Below are positions 26,102 to 41,045 of a DNA stretch of 64,000 nucleotides, in pieces. This DNA comes from Octopus vulgaris (lineage: Eukaryota), in contig OX597818.1 in assembly GCA_951406725.2 (NCBI GenBank), forward strand, positions 129,642,001-129,706,000, given 5' to 3'. The number at the start of each line of letters is the position of its first letter. Position 1 is the first letter of the stretch. The notes beneath the pieces are model-generated. The model made no database searches, had not been told where the DNA came from, and saw only the letters and a list, made by a program, of their open reading frames with translations. A program made the position numbers and the translations under genes.

Positions 26102-26491
26102 CTAGCAATATCGCCCGGTGTTGCTCGGGTTTGTAAGGGAAATAACTATATAAGCATTTTTAGAGAGTTATAACCAAAAAATAGCAAAAAAATGCATTAA
26201 AAATGGAAAAAAAATGATGGTAATTTTTTTTTAAATCGTTGACTCATCGTAGACATTTTTAGAGAGTTACTTCCCTTAGCGAAAAAAATGCATTAAAATA
26301 AAAAAAATGATGGTAAATTATTTTTAAAATCGTAGACTCATCATAGACACGCGCTAATACCCAGAAGGGCTTGATATGAATCACGACTATAAGATACCTG
26401 CTTTTGGTTCCACTGCACCGCAAAATGTGGGAGTAGTTTGGAATCTAAATCGTAGGAGACAGACACACAACTTCTCTTTTATATATAAAGA
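26102..26491 (-). mobile_element. Non-autonomous Helitron
   Basis: Minus strand 5' TC, subterminal hairpin CCCGAGCAACACCGGG, 3' CTAG, A|T target, no TSD. Confidence 0.88.
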
Positions 26492-27071
26492 TATATATAA
26501 TATCTATATCTATATCTATTTATCTATCTATCTATCTATCTACATATATATATATATACACACACACACACATGCACACACACAAACACACACACATATA
26601 TTCATATACGGGTACAGGATGTCACCAACTGTGTAAACAACATGAAATACATAAACAACGAGAAAAAATGGAAAGCAGGACAAGTAAACACAGAGAAAGG
26701 ACTCTTCAACAGTTGTTGGCTGTCTATATACTCCTCATTTCAAGCATTCAATGAACAATCAAACTGTACGCTATTATATATCCATCGCAGCCAATACATA
26801 CAACAATAGGAGTGACTGCTTTTGGGAGTAAAATCATTTTTCTGTTCTAATGAACTTAGATATGCTTTTCTTATATGATTTTATATAGTCCTAACTCAGC
26901 CACGAAATGCGCATAGTCAATGTACAAGTACTTACTTTTATACATTATATTATTGTATTAATTTTATTGTTCAATTCATACTTTATTTGACTTTAGATTA
27001 ATATTTTTATGATGAATGTTTTTTTGTATGGTATTCACTGTGATTTTAAAAGTATTTGTTCTTATATATTA

Positions 27072-27583
27072 CTAGCAGTATCGCCCGGCATTGCTCGGTT
27101 TGTAAGGGAAATAACTATACAGCATTTTTAGAGAGTTACTTCCTTTATAGATGCCAATTCGGGCTTTCTTAGCCATTTCTGTTTTGGTGTCTTCAAGCCA
27201 TGAAGTCGTTGTTCTAAAAGAACGCTGGTCTCCTTGACAACACATTACGACGTTGATTTCCTTAAACTCCCTTCCCCACAGCTTCACGAGGGAGGGAAGA
27301 AGGGAGAGAAGCAAACAGGTGCAGGTGTGACCATGGACGCCAACTCCGCTGCCATTGACACACGAAAAATTATGCATTAAAATGGAATAAAAAATGATGG
27401 TTAAATTATTTTTAAAATCGTAGACTCATCGTAGACGCGCGCTAATAGCCAGACGGGCTCGATATGAATCACGACTATAAGATACCCGAATTTGGTTAAA
27501 CTGCACCGCAAAATGTGGGAGTAGTTAGGAATCTAAATCGTAGGAGACAGACACTCACACAACTACAGTTATATATCTATAGA
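27072..27583 (-). mobile_element. Non-autonomous Helitron variant with different internal segment
   Basis: Same termini as 26102-26491; about 215 bp internal segment 27150-27365 absent from other copies. Confidence 0.85.
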
Positions 27584-27818
27584 TATGACTGTAATAATCT
27601 TACTGTTCAATATTACATATTAAAATTTTAGATTAGGTTTTATATGGTATATGTCTCACAGAATGGCTTTGGACGGGTTCTTCATTGACTGAGTTGTGGA
27701 GTGGTAGTTCGTCCCTAAATTAATTATTTACATATATCATATATTATATATTACGAAATTCAATAAAATATTATTATACTGAATTTTACCTGTAAGGTTA
27801 GAATAATATTTATTCCCT

Positions 27819-27854
<36 letters not shown>

Positions 27855-27857
27855 GTT

Positions 27858-27892
<35 letters not shown>

Positions 27893-28369
27893 TATATAAA
27901 AGACAGAGGGAGAGACAGCGAGAGAGAGAAAAGAAAGATAAATTCATATGGGTAAGCACTTTCTACTGTAGCCTTAGGTTGACCAATACCATGTGAGTGA
28001 GTGAATTTGGCAGATGGAAACTGTACAGAAGCCCAATGCACAAATACATACATGCATATATATATATATATATATATATGCATGTATGTATGTATACATA
28101 TCTTGGGTCATTTAAATTATTGATCTTCACCGTCTTAGAAATATGTGACCTTTTTGTGGCAATCTTAGAAATCATGTGTATTAAGATTTTCAGTGTTATT
28201 ATTACTAATATCATTATCACTATTATCATTATCAATATTATTATTGTTATTATTATTATTATTATTATTATTGTTGTTGTTGTTGTTATTGTTAATACAG
28301 ACATCAGGGAAATATGGTAATTGATAAATCTGTGCATGAGATAATACTCCTACCAAGCACTACCAACAA

Positions 28370-28990
28370 TGACTACATCACTAACATCAATTTCACCAAG
28401 AACCTTGCTACCGTATCCTCAGCCATCACCACCACCACCACCACCACCACCACCACCACCACCACCACCACCGCTGCCACCACCACCATCTCCACCACTG
28501 TCACAACCACTGCTACAAACACCACCACCACCACCACCACCACCACCACCACCTCAACCACTACCACCACCTCAGACTTCAATGACTATCTCTGACACTA
28601 CTATCCTTTCATCTGCTGCCTCATCACCGTCAACAATAATAACATCACCATTACTATCAGCACCCCCATTTCAGCACAACTGATAATACCACTACCACCA
28701 CCACCACCACCACCACCAACACCACCATCACCATCATCACCGTAATCATTGTCATCATCATTTATACCTCAACCAACAAGAACTATGACAAGAATGCTAC
28801 CATCACCTCTATTACTTTTATAACTTCTACTACGACAACTACCACTCCAGTCATAACATTACCATCACCACTACCATCACCACCAATACCAGCAACAACT
28901 ATGATCCAAAACCATAACATTACAAGCCAACAAGGGACCCTCTGTCTGCTTGTTTGACCTGCTACAAATAGCAGTCAAACCTTCCTCAAA

Positions 28991-29042
<52 letters not shown>

Positions 29043-29829
29043 TTGTTTTCTTAGTAAAGGCCACAGGATAATGTGCTGTTGGTTTTTGTTTATGCATAGG
29101 AAAAAAACAGATGGGATGGTCACAGCTGGAAAGCTTTTGATGATAGGGTCCGCTTGACGAAGGTACTTGGACTAAACAATAACCTTACCAGTATTACTAT
29201 TACCACAAAACTCACCAAAGACCAGTACCAGCCCCACCATCACCATCACCATCACCACCACCACCGCCACCACCGCCGCCGCCGCCGTCATCATCATTAT
29301 CCTCATTTAAATTTCTTAACATTATCAACACCACAACCATGTGTCTCAACAATGAGGCCCCTGCATGGCATGTCAACATGCGGCTAATTCTCCTTTAAAT
29401 CACATCCGCCCATCAGTGCCCTCTTAAAGCATAGGCACGCTAGTAAGTTGCCCAGGGGCCACAGGGATCTAGGGAGCCTGACACTAATCTGTGTGTGCTG
29501 GGGTTGTACATGTAAGGTCCCCTGGCACATTGCATTGCTTGGTGGTGGTGGTGGTGGTCCTGTTTGTTATCAGAGAAAGGAAAAGGAAGAACACTGTGTA
29601 GTCTCAAGAAGGCAGATGAGGAGGGCATGGCTGGAATGTATTTGATCATGGATCTGGTCTTCTTACTCAGAGCAGAGCTGGTGCTAAAGAACAACTACAA
29701 TAACAACCAAAACTACATCTACCAACATACTTCTGGCTTTACAACCGTTTCCATAACTACCAATATTATTTCTGCTACTGCTGTTACTACTCCTTCTCCC
29801 ACCGTCACCACCACCGTGGTTACTACTAT

Positions 29830-29878
<49 letters not shown>

Positions 29879-29951
29879 GCTGCTGCCACTACTACTACTA
29901 CCACCACTACCTCCACCACCACCACCACAATGGCTACTGCTGCTGCTGCTG

Positions 29952-29986
<35 letters not shown>

Positions 29987-30910
29987 GCCACCGCCACCAC
30001 CACCACCAATGTCTCCACAGTTACCCTTCCACTATTACACAACTATATTTTGTCAATCTCTACAACCCTTCCTACAACTACGAATTCTATTTCTTCCACA
30101 ACAGTTGCTTCTATGTCAGCCTTCACTGTAACCTTCCCCATGACTAACCCTATCTCCATAGCAACTACCTCTTCTACCAATACTACGATAACAACTTCCT
30201 TTGTCCTTAAAACTAACAGTACTACCTTCTCCCAGCAAGCACAATTATCACAACTTTTTAGACATCCTTTGGTCATGAAAGACTATGGGATTGCACCTAT
30301 AAATGTTCCCCTCCAGGATACAAGTTTAGGCAAGGCTCTTTATGGAAAACCAGCAATAGCCCATGCATACCAGCCTCTCCTCTCCACGCCAAGTGTTATC
30401 CAAGGGAAAGGCAAAGGCTGACACAGTGTAGCATCAGTGACATTGCAACTCATTTCTACAGCTGAGTGAACTGGAGCAACATGAAATAAAGTGTCTTGCT
30501 CAAGAACACAAAAAAAAGTCCAGTATGAAAATCGAACTCACTACCTGATGATTGTGAGCTTGATGCTCTAACCACTGAGCCAAACCCTTCCCACAACTAC
30601 CAGCACTACATCTACTATCAACGATTCCCACAGCAGCAACTTCTGTCACTACAACCACCCCATAACTACCACCACGTCTTCCCACATCTATCACAAGTCT
30701 TCCCATAACTATCACAAGTCTTCCCATAACTATCACAAGTCTTCCCACATCTATTGACACTACTACTGTTGCCACAACAGCAACAACTATGTTTCTCTCT
30801 ACAACCCTTTCTACGATTACCACTGCTACTACAACACTAACTACGTAGCTCACCATGACCCTTCCCACAACTACCAAAGCTACTTTTACCCACAGTTCTT
30901 CCCACAACTA
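28370..30910. repeat. Degenerate (ACC)n/(ACT)n low-complexity tract with old SINE remnants
   Basis: Trinucleotide periodicity; 21-bp unit TCTTCCCATAACTATCACAAG x3 near 30677-30750. Confidence 0.85.
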
Positions 30911-31150
30911 CTTTATCTTTTATCTTTTACTTGTTTCAGTCATTAGATGGTGTCCATGCTGGGGCACCACCGTAAATCTTTAGTCGAATGAATCGACTCC
31001 AGTACTTATTTTCTTAAGTCTGGTACTTATTCTATCGGTCTCTCTTTGTCAAACTGCTAAGTTATGGGAATGCAAATACATCAACAACAGTTGTCAAGTG
31101 GTGAGTGGGGACAAACACAGACACAAAGACACACACACATATGTATATAT

Positions 31151-31445
31151 ATCACGTGACCGACCAGTCCATCAGATGTAGTTACACATCGCTGGTCACA
31201 ATGCGTTCGCATTATTTTAGCCTTCGAATGACGCCACCCGCTGGCTAAGCGAGGAGGCCAACAAAAGAAAGAGTGGGAGAAGGAGTGGTTAAAGAGCACA
31301 GCAGGGATCATCACCCCCTGCTGGAGCCTCATAGAGCTTTTAGGTGTTTTCGCTCAATAAACACTCACAACACCCGGTCTGGGAATTGAAACCGCGATCC
31401 TACGACCGCGAGTCCGCTGCCCTAACCACTGGGCCATTGCGCCTC
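31151..31445 (-). mobile_element. SINE family D nested in internal microsatellite of a family B copy (30913-31650)
   Basis: Family B sequence on both sides; TATGTATATATA flanks. Confidence 0.85.
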
Positions 31446-32477
31446 TATATGTATATATATATATATGTGATGGGCTTCTTTCAGTTTCTCTATGCCAAAT
31501 AAACTTATATTACTATGTCTGCCTCTAATCTAACCATACAATCACCACCACTGTTACCACTACCACCAATACCAAGGTGCTACATAGTGGGAATGAACCC
31601 GGAACAATGTAGTTGGGAAGCAAGCTTCTTACCACACAATCATGCCTTAGCTTTGTCATCTTTACATCCTTTCCCACTATGACCACCACTACTACAACTG
31701 CATCTGTCTCTACAACCATTCTTACAACTACTACATCAGCACAAACCTTTCTAAAATTATCACAATAACCTATAATATCTTTACCACAACTATCTTTGCT
31801 TCTAGCAACCACAAATACTACTATTTTTGCTACCACAATCACAACTACCAATACTAAGTCTGACTCTATTCCAGCCATACACTCACCACCACCACCACTG
31901 CTATCACTAACACCAACACCATTGCCACCATCACCATCATCACTGTCACCGCCACCCCGCAAGGCAGACACCAACACAGCCACCACCACCACCACCACCT
32001 TCGATACCATCAATGCTACCAACATCACCATGACCACCACCATCAACATCACAGATACTGATACTCAGAACTAAAGATAAGGGAGGGACAATGATAGTGG
32101 GTGTGACAATGATGATAACAACAGCAGCAACAACAACAACAAAAATAACAACAACATAGATTGACTAACTTTATTAACAATGCTGCAATCTCTAAGTTGG
32201 TACCAGTAATATTATTTGATCATTAAAATATCGAATTCCATTACCAGAAAAATTTGGTTCAAAAAGAAATTTTTTTTTAAAAAACAATTCTTTTTTTTAA
32301 AATTTAAGTAATAAAATTCAATAATAATAACAAATCTGATAAAAAAAAAAAATAGGAATGAAAAATCATAAAAAAAAATGAAGCAAAAAACAATCAGTTT
32401 TAAAATGTTCAAAAGGAAAAATACTAATACCAATAACACCAACAGGACTATTAATAATAATAATAATAATAATAATG

Positions 32478-32512
<35 letters not shown>

Positions 32513-32977
32513 TAATAAAAATGATAATAATTCAATAATAAAATAGAAAAAATAATCAACTTCTCATTGTCATTTAAATGACAAAAAAAATGATGAGAAA
32601 GAAAAAAAAACACTAGAAAACTAGAGGTAAAAAAACAACAAAAAGCGCAAAGAAAGAGTTTTAAAATTTTTCTTCAGAAGAATTTTGAAAATATCAAAAA
32701 AATAAAAAAAAGCAAAAAATTTCATTATAGCACGGGTTTGTGATGGAGTTGCATTACAGTGGAGGGTTCAAAGAATTAATTTTTTTTTAATTCAGTGAAA
32801 AGTGTGAAAAACTGACCACTATAAAAAGAAAGAAAACATTTTTTTTTTCTGAATATAAATTTTATAAAAACAACAACAGCAACAACGAAAGAAAAAAAAC
32901 ACAAAAATCAAACTATAAATCTCAGCAAACAGTTAAAAAGACAAAAAGAAAGCTAAATAAAAATTTTTAAAAAATAA

Positions 32978-33020
<43 letters not shown>

Positions 33021-33119
33021 TAATAAAAATGATAGCATCAACAAGAGCAAAAAAAATATAGGAGGCACACACATATATTTATGAATATATGTATACACAC
33101 ACACATATATATATATATG

Positions 33120-33159
<40 letters not shown>

Positions 33160-33245
33160 AATATATGAACATAAATATTTATGAATATATATGTGTGTAT
33201 GTGTATGTATGTATTTATGTATGTATGTATGTATGTATGTATGTA

Positions 33246-33279
<34 letters not shown>

Positions 33280-33659
33280 ATATCACTGATGGCATGTGGA
33301 AAGGTAAGAGAAAGCAATAAGAAAAAGCAAAAAAGAATGCGTACAGCTTGTGTGGTATGGTGTGTGTTTGTGTGTGGGTGCTTGCATGTGTATGCGTGAG
33401 CGCACGTGCATTTAAAAGGGGGGTAAGTTTAAGTGAGGAAAAGGGGAACTTTTTTTTTTATGGAAGAAACCAAAAAATATATGAAGGTAAAACAAAAAAA
33501 CAAAAACAAAAAAAAAACTATTAAAATATATTTTCTAAAATAAAAAAAAAAAATATACATATATACACATCCGCACCACACTGCCTCTGTAATAAAAACC
33601 TCCCCCAAAATTTCATTTTCGACATCTTTCAATCAGTTCCTTTGCTCTTCCACTAACAA

Positions 33660-35075
33660 TGCCACCCCTCTCACCATCACCACTACAATCCCGACTAATA
33701 GCAGAACTATTAACAAAATCACTGCCACCACCACCACCACCACTACCACCGCCAACACCATTATTACAAATGCTGACACTACACGACTAACATTAACACC
33801 ACCACAGCTACCACCAACACCAATTACCATGCTCCACTCCACTCCGCTCCACTCCATTCCAGCCCACCCCACCCCCGTCCAACAGTCCAATCACCCATAC
33901 GTATGCAGGCGATCTGCCACAACTACAAGACTTATTCGCTCACCACTACCACCAACACCACCACAACCGTCACCACCACCACCACCATGACCACCTTCGC
34001 CACTCTTGTGTGACCACATGCACACTAGTACTACATAGCCACATGATGCCACAACCATAACCACCACCACCACCACCACTGTTATTACCAACAGCACCAA
34101 CACCACCACTATCCCCACCACTAACAGTAGCAAAGCCAGCACTACCCACCCCCAGTAACCCTGCAACCACCACCAACTCTACTACAAACACTAAAGGCAC
34201 CACCACCACTGCCACCCCCACCCTGACCACTACCAATAGCACTGCACCAACATCAACATCATTACAAACACTAACAAAACCACCAATAACACCCCCAATC
34301 CCACTCATCAACAACACCACCACCACCAACAACACTACCACCAGCACTAATACAAACGCTAAAAACACCCCCCACCACCAATACTACTACCACCTCTATC
34401 ACTACCATGAGTACTGCACCAACATCCCCACCACTAACACTAACAAAGCTACCACTACCCTCCACCTCCACCCACTACCACCATCACCAGCAATACTACT
34501 ACCACCTCTACCACTACTAATAGAGATTGCACCAATGTCCCCACCACTACCCACCTGACCTCCACCCACCACCACCACCATCACCAGCACTATTACAAAC
34601 ACTAAAATCACCACCACCACCACCACCAATACTACTACTACCTATACCACTACCAATAGAGATTGCACCAATATCCCCACCACTACCCGTCTGACCTCCA
34701 CCCACCACCACCACCATCACCATCACCAGCACTATAACAAACACTAAAAACACCACCACCACCACCAATAAATACTACTACCACCTCTACCACTACCAAT
34801 AGAGATTGCACCAATATCCCCACCACTAACACTAGCAAAGGCACCACTACCCGCCTGACCTCCACCCAGGACCACCACCACCACCATCACCAGCACTATT
34901 ACAAACACTAAAAACACCACCACCACCACCACCAATAAATACAACTACCACCTCTACCACTACCAACAGAGATTTCACCAATATCCCCACCACTAACACT
35001 AGCAAAGGCACCACTACCCGCCTGACCTCCACCCAGGACCACCACCACCACCACCACTACCACCACTACCCAGTT
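33660..35075. repeat. C/A-rich degenerate trinucleotide region containing tandem 125-180 bp units
   Basis: AGAGATTGCACCAATATCCCCACCACTA and CCTGACCTCCACCCA recur four times in 34520-35040. Confidence 0.85.
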
Positions 35076-35247
35076 GGTACAACAAAACAACAGCGACAAC
35101 TGCAAAGCTCCCCGCCCGCTGCCACCTGCACTTCCAACTGCAGTTTCCAACACCAACACACCAATGTCATTACCTTCTTCTCTTTTCCTTCGACCTCTTT
35201 TTCAGAAGAAGAACTTTCCAAAAGTAACCAAAAAAAAAAAAAAAGAA

Positions 35248-35294
<47 letters not shown>

Positions 35295-36099
35295 AATAAA
35301 ATTAAAAGATCAAAGAGTCGGCTTAAGTGACTATCACCCTGTCATGGTATTTAGAAGACAGAACTATAGTATTTCTGATACGGTAATGACTGACGGGGTG
35401 GATAGATGGATGGGGGTGGGGGTGGTGCGGGAGGGTACGGTGCCGTGGGTAGGTGGGTGGGCGGAAACAAAGGGTGTGAGGTAAGAAGGGTGTGGTAAAG
35501 AGTCAAAGTTGTGTGTGTGGCAGAAGGGGGGGGTATCGGGACGAGCAAGATGGTGATTGCGCGAAGCTGAGGGTGGTGAGTGGAGGGTGTTGGGGGATGC
35601 GGAGTGTGTGTGGGGTGTGGGGGTGATGGGTCCGGGGTCGGATGAATGGTTGATTGGTTGCTTGGTTGAATGGATAAGTGGGTAGATGATACTGGGGGAT
35701 GGATGGGTGGTGGGTGGATGGATGGAGTGAGAGAGAGAGAAAAGGAGAGAAGGAAGGAAAGCTGGTTGATGGATGGATGGATGGATGGTTGGTTGGTTGG
35801 ATGGACGGATGGCTAAATGGGTAGGTGAGTGGCTGGATGGATGGGCGGATGGAGGGACCTTGTTTTGGTGGTGATGGTCTGGTAAGTTAGTTAACTACAC
35901 TAAGATTGCATTATCACTACAACTGCCATCTTACAAACCTTTCTCTCCCATCCATCTTCCCCCTCCCTCCCTCTCTCCCTCCCTCCTTTCTCACCAATCT
36001 CTTTTGCATGTGTCTTGCTCTCCCATCTACCTCAAATACACCTCCTTCCAAACCACTGCCGTCTTTCTCTTCATCTCCTGCTGTTGTTACCATCAAAAT

Positions 36100-37441
36100 T
36101 TTCACCACCACCACCACTACCTTGACATGCTTACACTCACATATACAAACACTACCTCCAAGATACCATGATCACCATCACCATCATCATCATCATCATT
36201 GTTATCATCATCATCATCACCTATGCGGCTAGCACTGTCCCACCCACACCTTGGTGTCACTAGAATCACTACTAAATCACAACCTACCCCCATAACAACC
36301 CCACCACCACCACCACCATCACAACTACTACTTTTACGAAAACCACCTCTAGTATGACCACCACCACCAATTTCACCCCCCCCCCCCCCTTCTCCACACC
36401 CCTATGATTTTCACTGTCATCAACACCAGAGAAATCATAGATAGACCACACACCACACACCACACCAAAACCCTCCACCATCACCACCTCATTGATCATC
36501 ATCATTGTCATCATCATCGTCATCATCATCGTCATCATCATTATCACCACCACCACCATCACCATCATCATCTTCACATCGTCGTCATCATCATCATCAT
36601 CATCTTCATCATCACCACCACCATCACCACCACCATTACCATCATCATCATCATCATCTTCACATCATCGTCATCATTATCATCATCATCATCATCAACC
36701 AACATCATCACAACAACCACCATATATCATCACAAATATCATATTTCAGTACCGGCACCACCACCACTACCACCACCATCATCACCATCACCATTGTAAC
36801 TACCAGTGACTGCCTCACCTTCCCACCCACCCACCCACCAGATATTTTATTACTTGCTACCAACACCACAACTACCATTCTCATCACCACTACAAAATGC
36901 CCTAACCATCACATACCACTACCTATTATAATCATCACCATCATCAGTACCACTGCCACAACCACTTACAACACCCACCCTCATTACTGCTAACACCTAC
37001 ACCTTCACCTCTACAAACACCATCACCACACTACTACCATCATCATCATCATCATCATCATCATCATAACCACAATGATCACCGCAAACAATACAGCCAC
37101 AACTGCAAATGCCAAAATCAAATCACCATCAGCATCATTATCACTAACATCATTGTCATCATCATCACCATTATCATAACCACCACCACCACCACCCTCA
37201 TGATAATGATGATCACCACTACTGTCATCATCACCACCACTGTCATCATCGTCACTGTCATCATCGTCACCATCATCATCATCATCATCATCATCATCTC
37301 CATTATCATAACCACCACCACTACCCTCATGATGATGATGATGATGATGATGATGATCATCATCATCATCATCATGATCACCACCACTGTCATCATCACC
37401 ACCACCACCACCACCACTACTGCCACTGTCACCATTGTCAC

Positions 37442-37473
<32 letters not shown>

Positions 37474-38879
37474 CCATTATCATAACCACCACCACTACCC
37501 TCATGATAATGATGATGATGATCATGATGATGATCATGATGATGATGATCATCATCATCATGATCACCACCACTGTCATCACCACCACCACCAACACCAC
37601 CACTACCGCCACTGTCATCATCGTCACCATCATCATCATCATTACTGTTATCACTCCCTCACAACCATCATGCCCACCACCATAACCCCCCCTATCCCAC
37701 TCTGCCATTCCCAGACATCTACCACTACAACCAATACAACCACCCAGTGTCATCATCATTGCTATCATGATAACCACAACCACAAACACTACCACACAAC
37801 CACCACCACCACTATTACCACCACCTCCTCCTCTTCTTCCTTCATCACCACTATAAACACCACAACCATCACCTGCACTGTTACCATTATAAACTATCAC
37901 CACCACTATGAACATCATCCCATACTCATAACGAAACCATCCCCCAGCCCCCATCACTGCAGCCTCTGCCTTCACCTTCACCATCACAGAAACCATCGCC
38001 ACACTAACATCATCATCATCATAACCAAACCATCCCCCAGCCCCCATCACTGCAGCCTCTGCCTTCACCTTCACCATCACAGAAACCATCGCCATACTAA
38101 CATCACCATCATCATCATCACCACAACCATAACCACCACCACCACCACCACCACCACCATCCCCTCGTTATCATCATCATCATCATCATCATCATCACAC
38201 AACTATAACCACCACCACCATCCCCTTGTTATCATCATCATCATCTCAACCATAACCACCACCACTACCACCACCACCACAACCACCAACCCCTCGTTAT
38301 CATCACCACCATCATCTTCATCATCACAACTATAACCACCACCACCACTACCACCACCACCATCACACCCACCACCATCCCCTCGTTATCATCATCATCA
38401 TCACCATCACAACCATAACCACCACCAATCCCTCGTTATCATCATCTCCATCACCATACTAGTAGTGTCATCATTCTCACTACCACCACCACCAACACCA
38501 CAAATCACCAGCACCATCACCATCACCATTATCATCATTACAAACTCAACCATCATTACAAATGCCAGAATCATCATCACCATCATCGTCATTACAACTG
38601 TAGCTGTACCCACCACCATCCCCTTGTTATCCTCCTCGTCATCATCATCTCCATCACCGTCGTATTAGCTGTGTCATCATTCTCATGCCGACGACCACCA
38701 CCACCACTACCACCACTACTGCCATCACCATCATCATCATCATCATCATCATCACCACAAACGCAACCATCACTACAAATGCCAGAAACATCATCATCGT
38801 CATCATCACCATAACTGTTGTCATCGTCATCATCATCATCATCACCACCATCACCAGCACCACCACCATCATCACCACC

Positions 38880-38913
<34 letters not shown>

Positions 38914-39733
38914 TCAGCATCATCATCATCATCACCATCATCGTTGCCACTGTAATTGCTGTCACCACCATCATCATCATCATCATTAACATCGCAATTG
39001 CTGTTACGGCAACCATCATAATCATTGTCACCACCCGTATCCTCCTCCTCCTCCTCCTCCTTGCCCCCCCCCCGAACCATCTCCACCACTCCCAGACACC
39101 ACAAAGACCAAAGACTCTTTATCCATTGGCATTTTACTCTTACTTTTAACTTTTAACTAATTCCAAACTGCTCCCTAACCTTTTACCTGCAATCTCCATC
39201 GACAACACCCACCATCACCAATCCGACTCACCCATCCACCCATCCACCCACCCACCTACACACACATATTGAGACCTGCCCCCCCACCCCATGCCTCTCT
39301 ACACCTACCCATCGTACCACCACTGCTATCCTCCCACCCCATCACCACCACCAACAGCACAAATATTCCTTACCCCTCCTCTGCGGTGGGGGGGTCCCTC
39401 ACGCCCCCCCACTCTGCCGGCCCTCCACCAACTCTAACTATCTTCAAAATCGTTCTTGCTCGGCAAATCTCATATTTTTAATCTTGTCCTTACCTCAACC
39501 AATGACCTCCCCCCACCTCTCCTACCCCCCTTCAAAAATCACAAACCACCACCACCACCACCACCGACACCACCACCGACACCACCACTGCCTACACCAT
39601 GCATCACCCACCCATGCAGCTACCGACCTCTCTCCCCTCCCCCCTGCGAGCATTTCAAACAAACCCGTGCCAGTACCACCTTCAACCAGTGCTTCAACAA
39701 ATCACCGTGATTCCATACCACCCCCTCCACCCC

Positions 39734-39764
<31 letters not shown>

Positions 39765-39960
39765 TCCACCACCACCAAAATCTGCAAACTCCTACCATCA
39801 CCAATCAACCAGCTCCTACTACTATCACCATTCAACCACCACGACCTATCACAAACTCTTACCATCACTAATTAACCACCATCACCAATCGCTACTTCCT
39901 ACCACCACCACCACCACCACCATCACCACTGCCGCCAAAACCATCACTAATCACCACCAA
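36100..39960. repeat. (ATC)n/(ACC)n degenerate array with internal duplications
   Basis: About 180-bp unit x3 at 37140-37640; about 80-bp direct repeat at 37934 and 38027. Confidence 0.88.
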
Positions 39961-40029
39961 TCACCAAAGGGGAACCCCTTTTTCGCCACACTCTCTTTGC
40001 TTGTCTGGTCCTTTGCCTTCTCTCCTGAC

Positions 40030-40133
40030 AAATATCCTCTCTCTCGCTTTTGATATCTCCCCTCTCTTTTTGGACATCACCCCTTCCTCTCTCTCCCGAT
40101 ATGATACCTACTCTCTCTTTTGATGTCCCCCCT

Positions 40134-40189
<56 letters not shown>

Positions 40190-41045
40190 CTCTTTTAATA
40201 ATTACGATCTCTCTCTTTTGATGTCCCCCTCTCTCTCTTTCTATCTATCTATCTATCTATCTATCGATCTTTCTCTCTTGTTCTGATACCAAATCTCTCT
40301 TTTAATAATTACGATCTCTCTCTTTTGATACCACCCCTTCTTTCTTTATTTGTCTTCTCTCTCTCTGTCTCTCTCTCTCTCTTTCTCTCTCTCTCATGAT
40401 TTCATACGTCATCACTCTTCAATATCTACTCTCTCTCTCTCTCGCTATCTTTGATATCTCCTCTTATACTTTCTCTCTTAACATCATACTCTCCATATTT
40501 TTCTCTGAGGAAAACTTTACACTTTATCTCCTTTTCTTTCTCTCTCTCTCTCTCTCTCTCTGCTTATCTCTTTTTCTCATCCTTTCTTGCTTTTGTCCTC
40601 TCTTTCTCAATCTTTCTTTCTCTCTCTCTTACTCTTTCTTTCTCTTCACCACAAATATAAACTTCTCTCTCTCTCTCACCCTCTCACACTTTTGCTCTTT
40701 CTCTCTTTCTTTCTGCTTATCTCTCTTTCTCATTCTCTTTCTTCCTTGCTTCTCTCTCTCTCTCTCAGTGCAGTTATCTCCCTCTTTCTCTCTACCACAA
40801 ATATAAACTTCTTTCTCCCTCTCCCTCTGTCTTTCCCTCACACTGTTGCTCTTTTTCTCTCTCTCTCTTTCTAGTTATCGCTCTTTCTCCCTCGCTTTCT
40901 CTCTTTCTCTATGCAGTTTTCTCTCTCTTTCTCTTCACTACAAATACAAACTTCTCTCCCTCTCACTCCCTCACACTTTTACTCTCTCTCTCTCTCTATT
41001 CCTGACTCTTTCTCACATATCATCTCTCTCCTCTTCCCCCTCCTC
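40030..41045. repeat. Polypyrimidine (CT)n-rich tract
   Basis: Direct inspection; CACAAATATAAACTTCT unit recurs three times. Confidence 0.9.

Noticed and set aside
29564-30421. 285-aa Thr-rich mucin-like ORF
   Set aside because: Built from degenerate ACT/ACC microsatellite and ends inside a SINE remnant; no signal peptide or domain
34300-35070. Repeat-spacer pattern superficially like a CRISPR array
   Set aside because: Eukaryotic low-complexity tandem duplication; spacers are themselves repeated; no cas genes
36284-40053. Many overlapping His/Thr/Pro/Val/Met-rich ORFs
   Set aside because: Open in several frames on both strands, typical of trinucleotide low complexity
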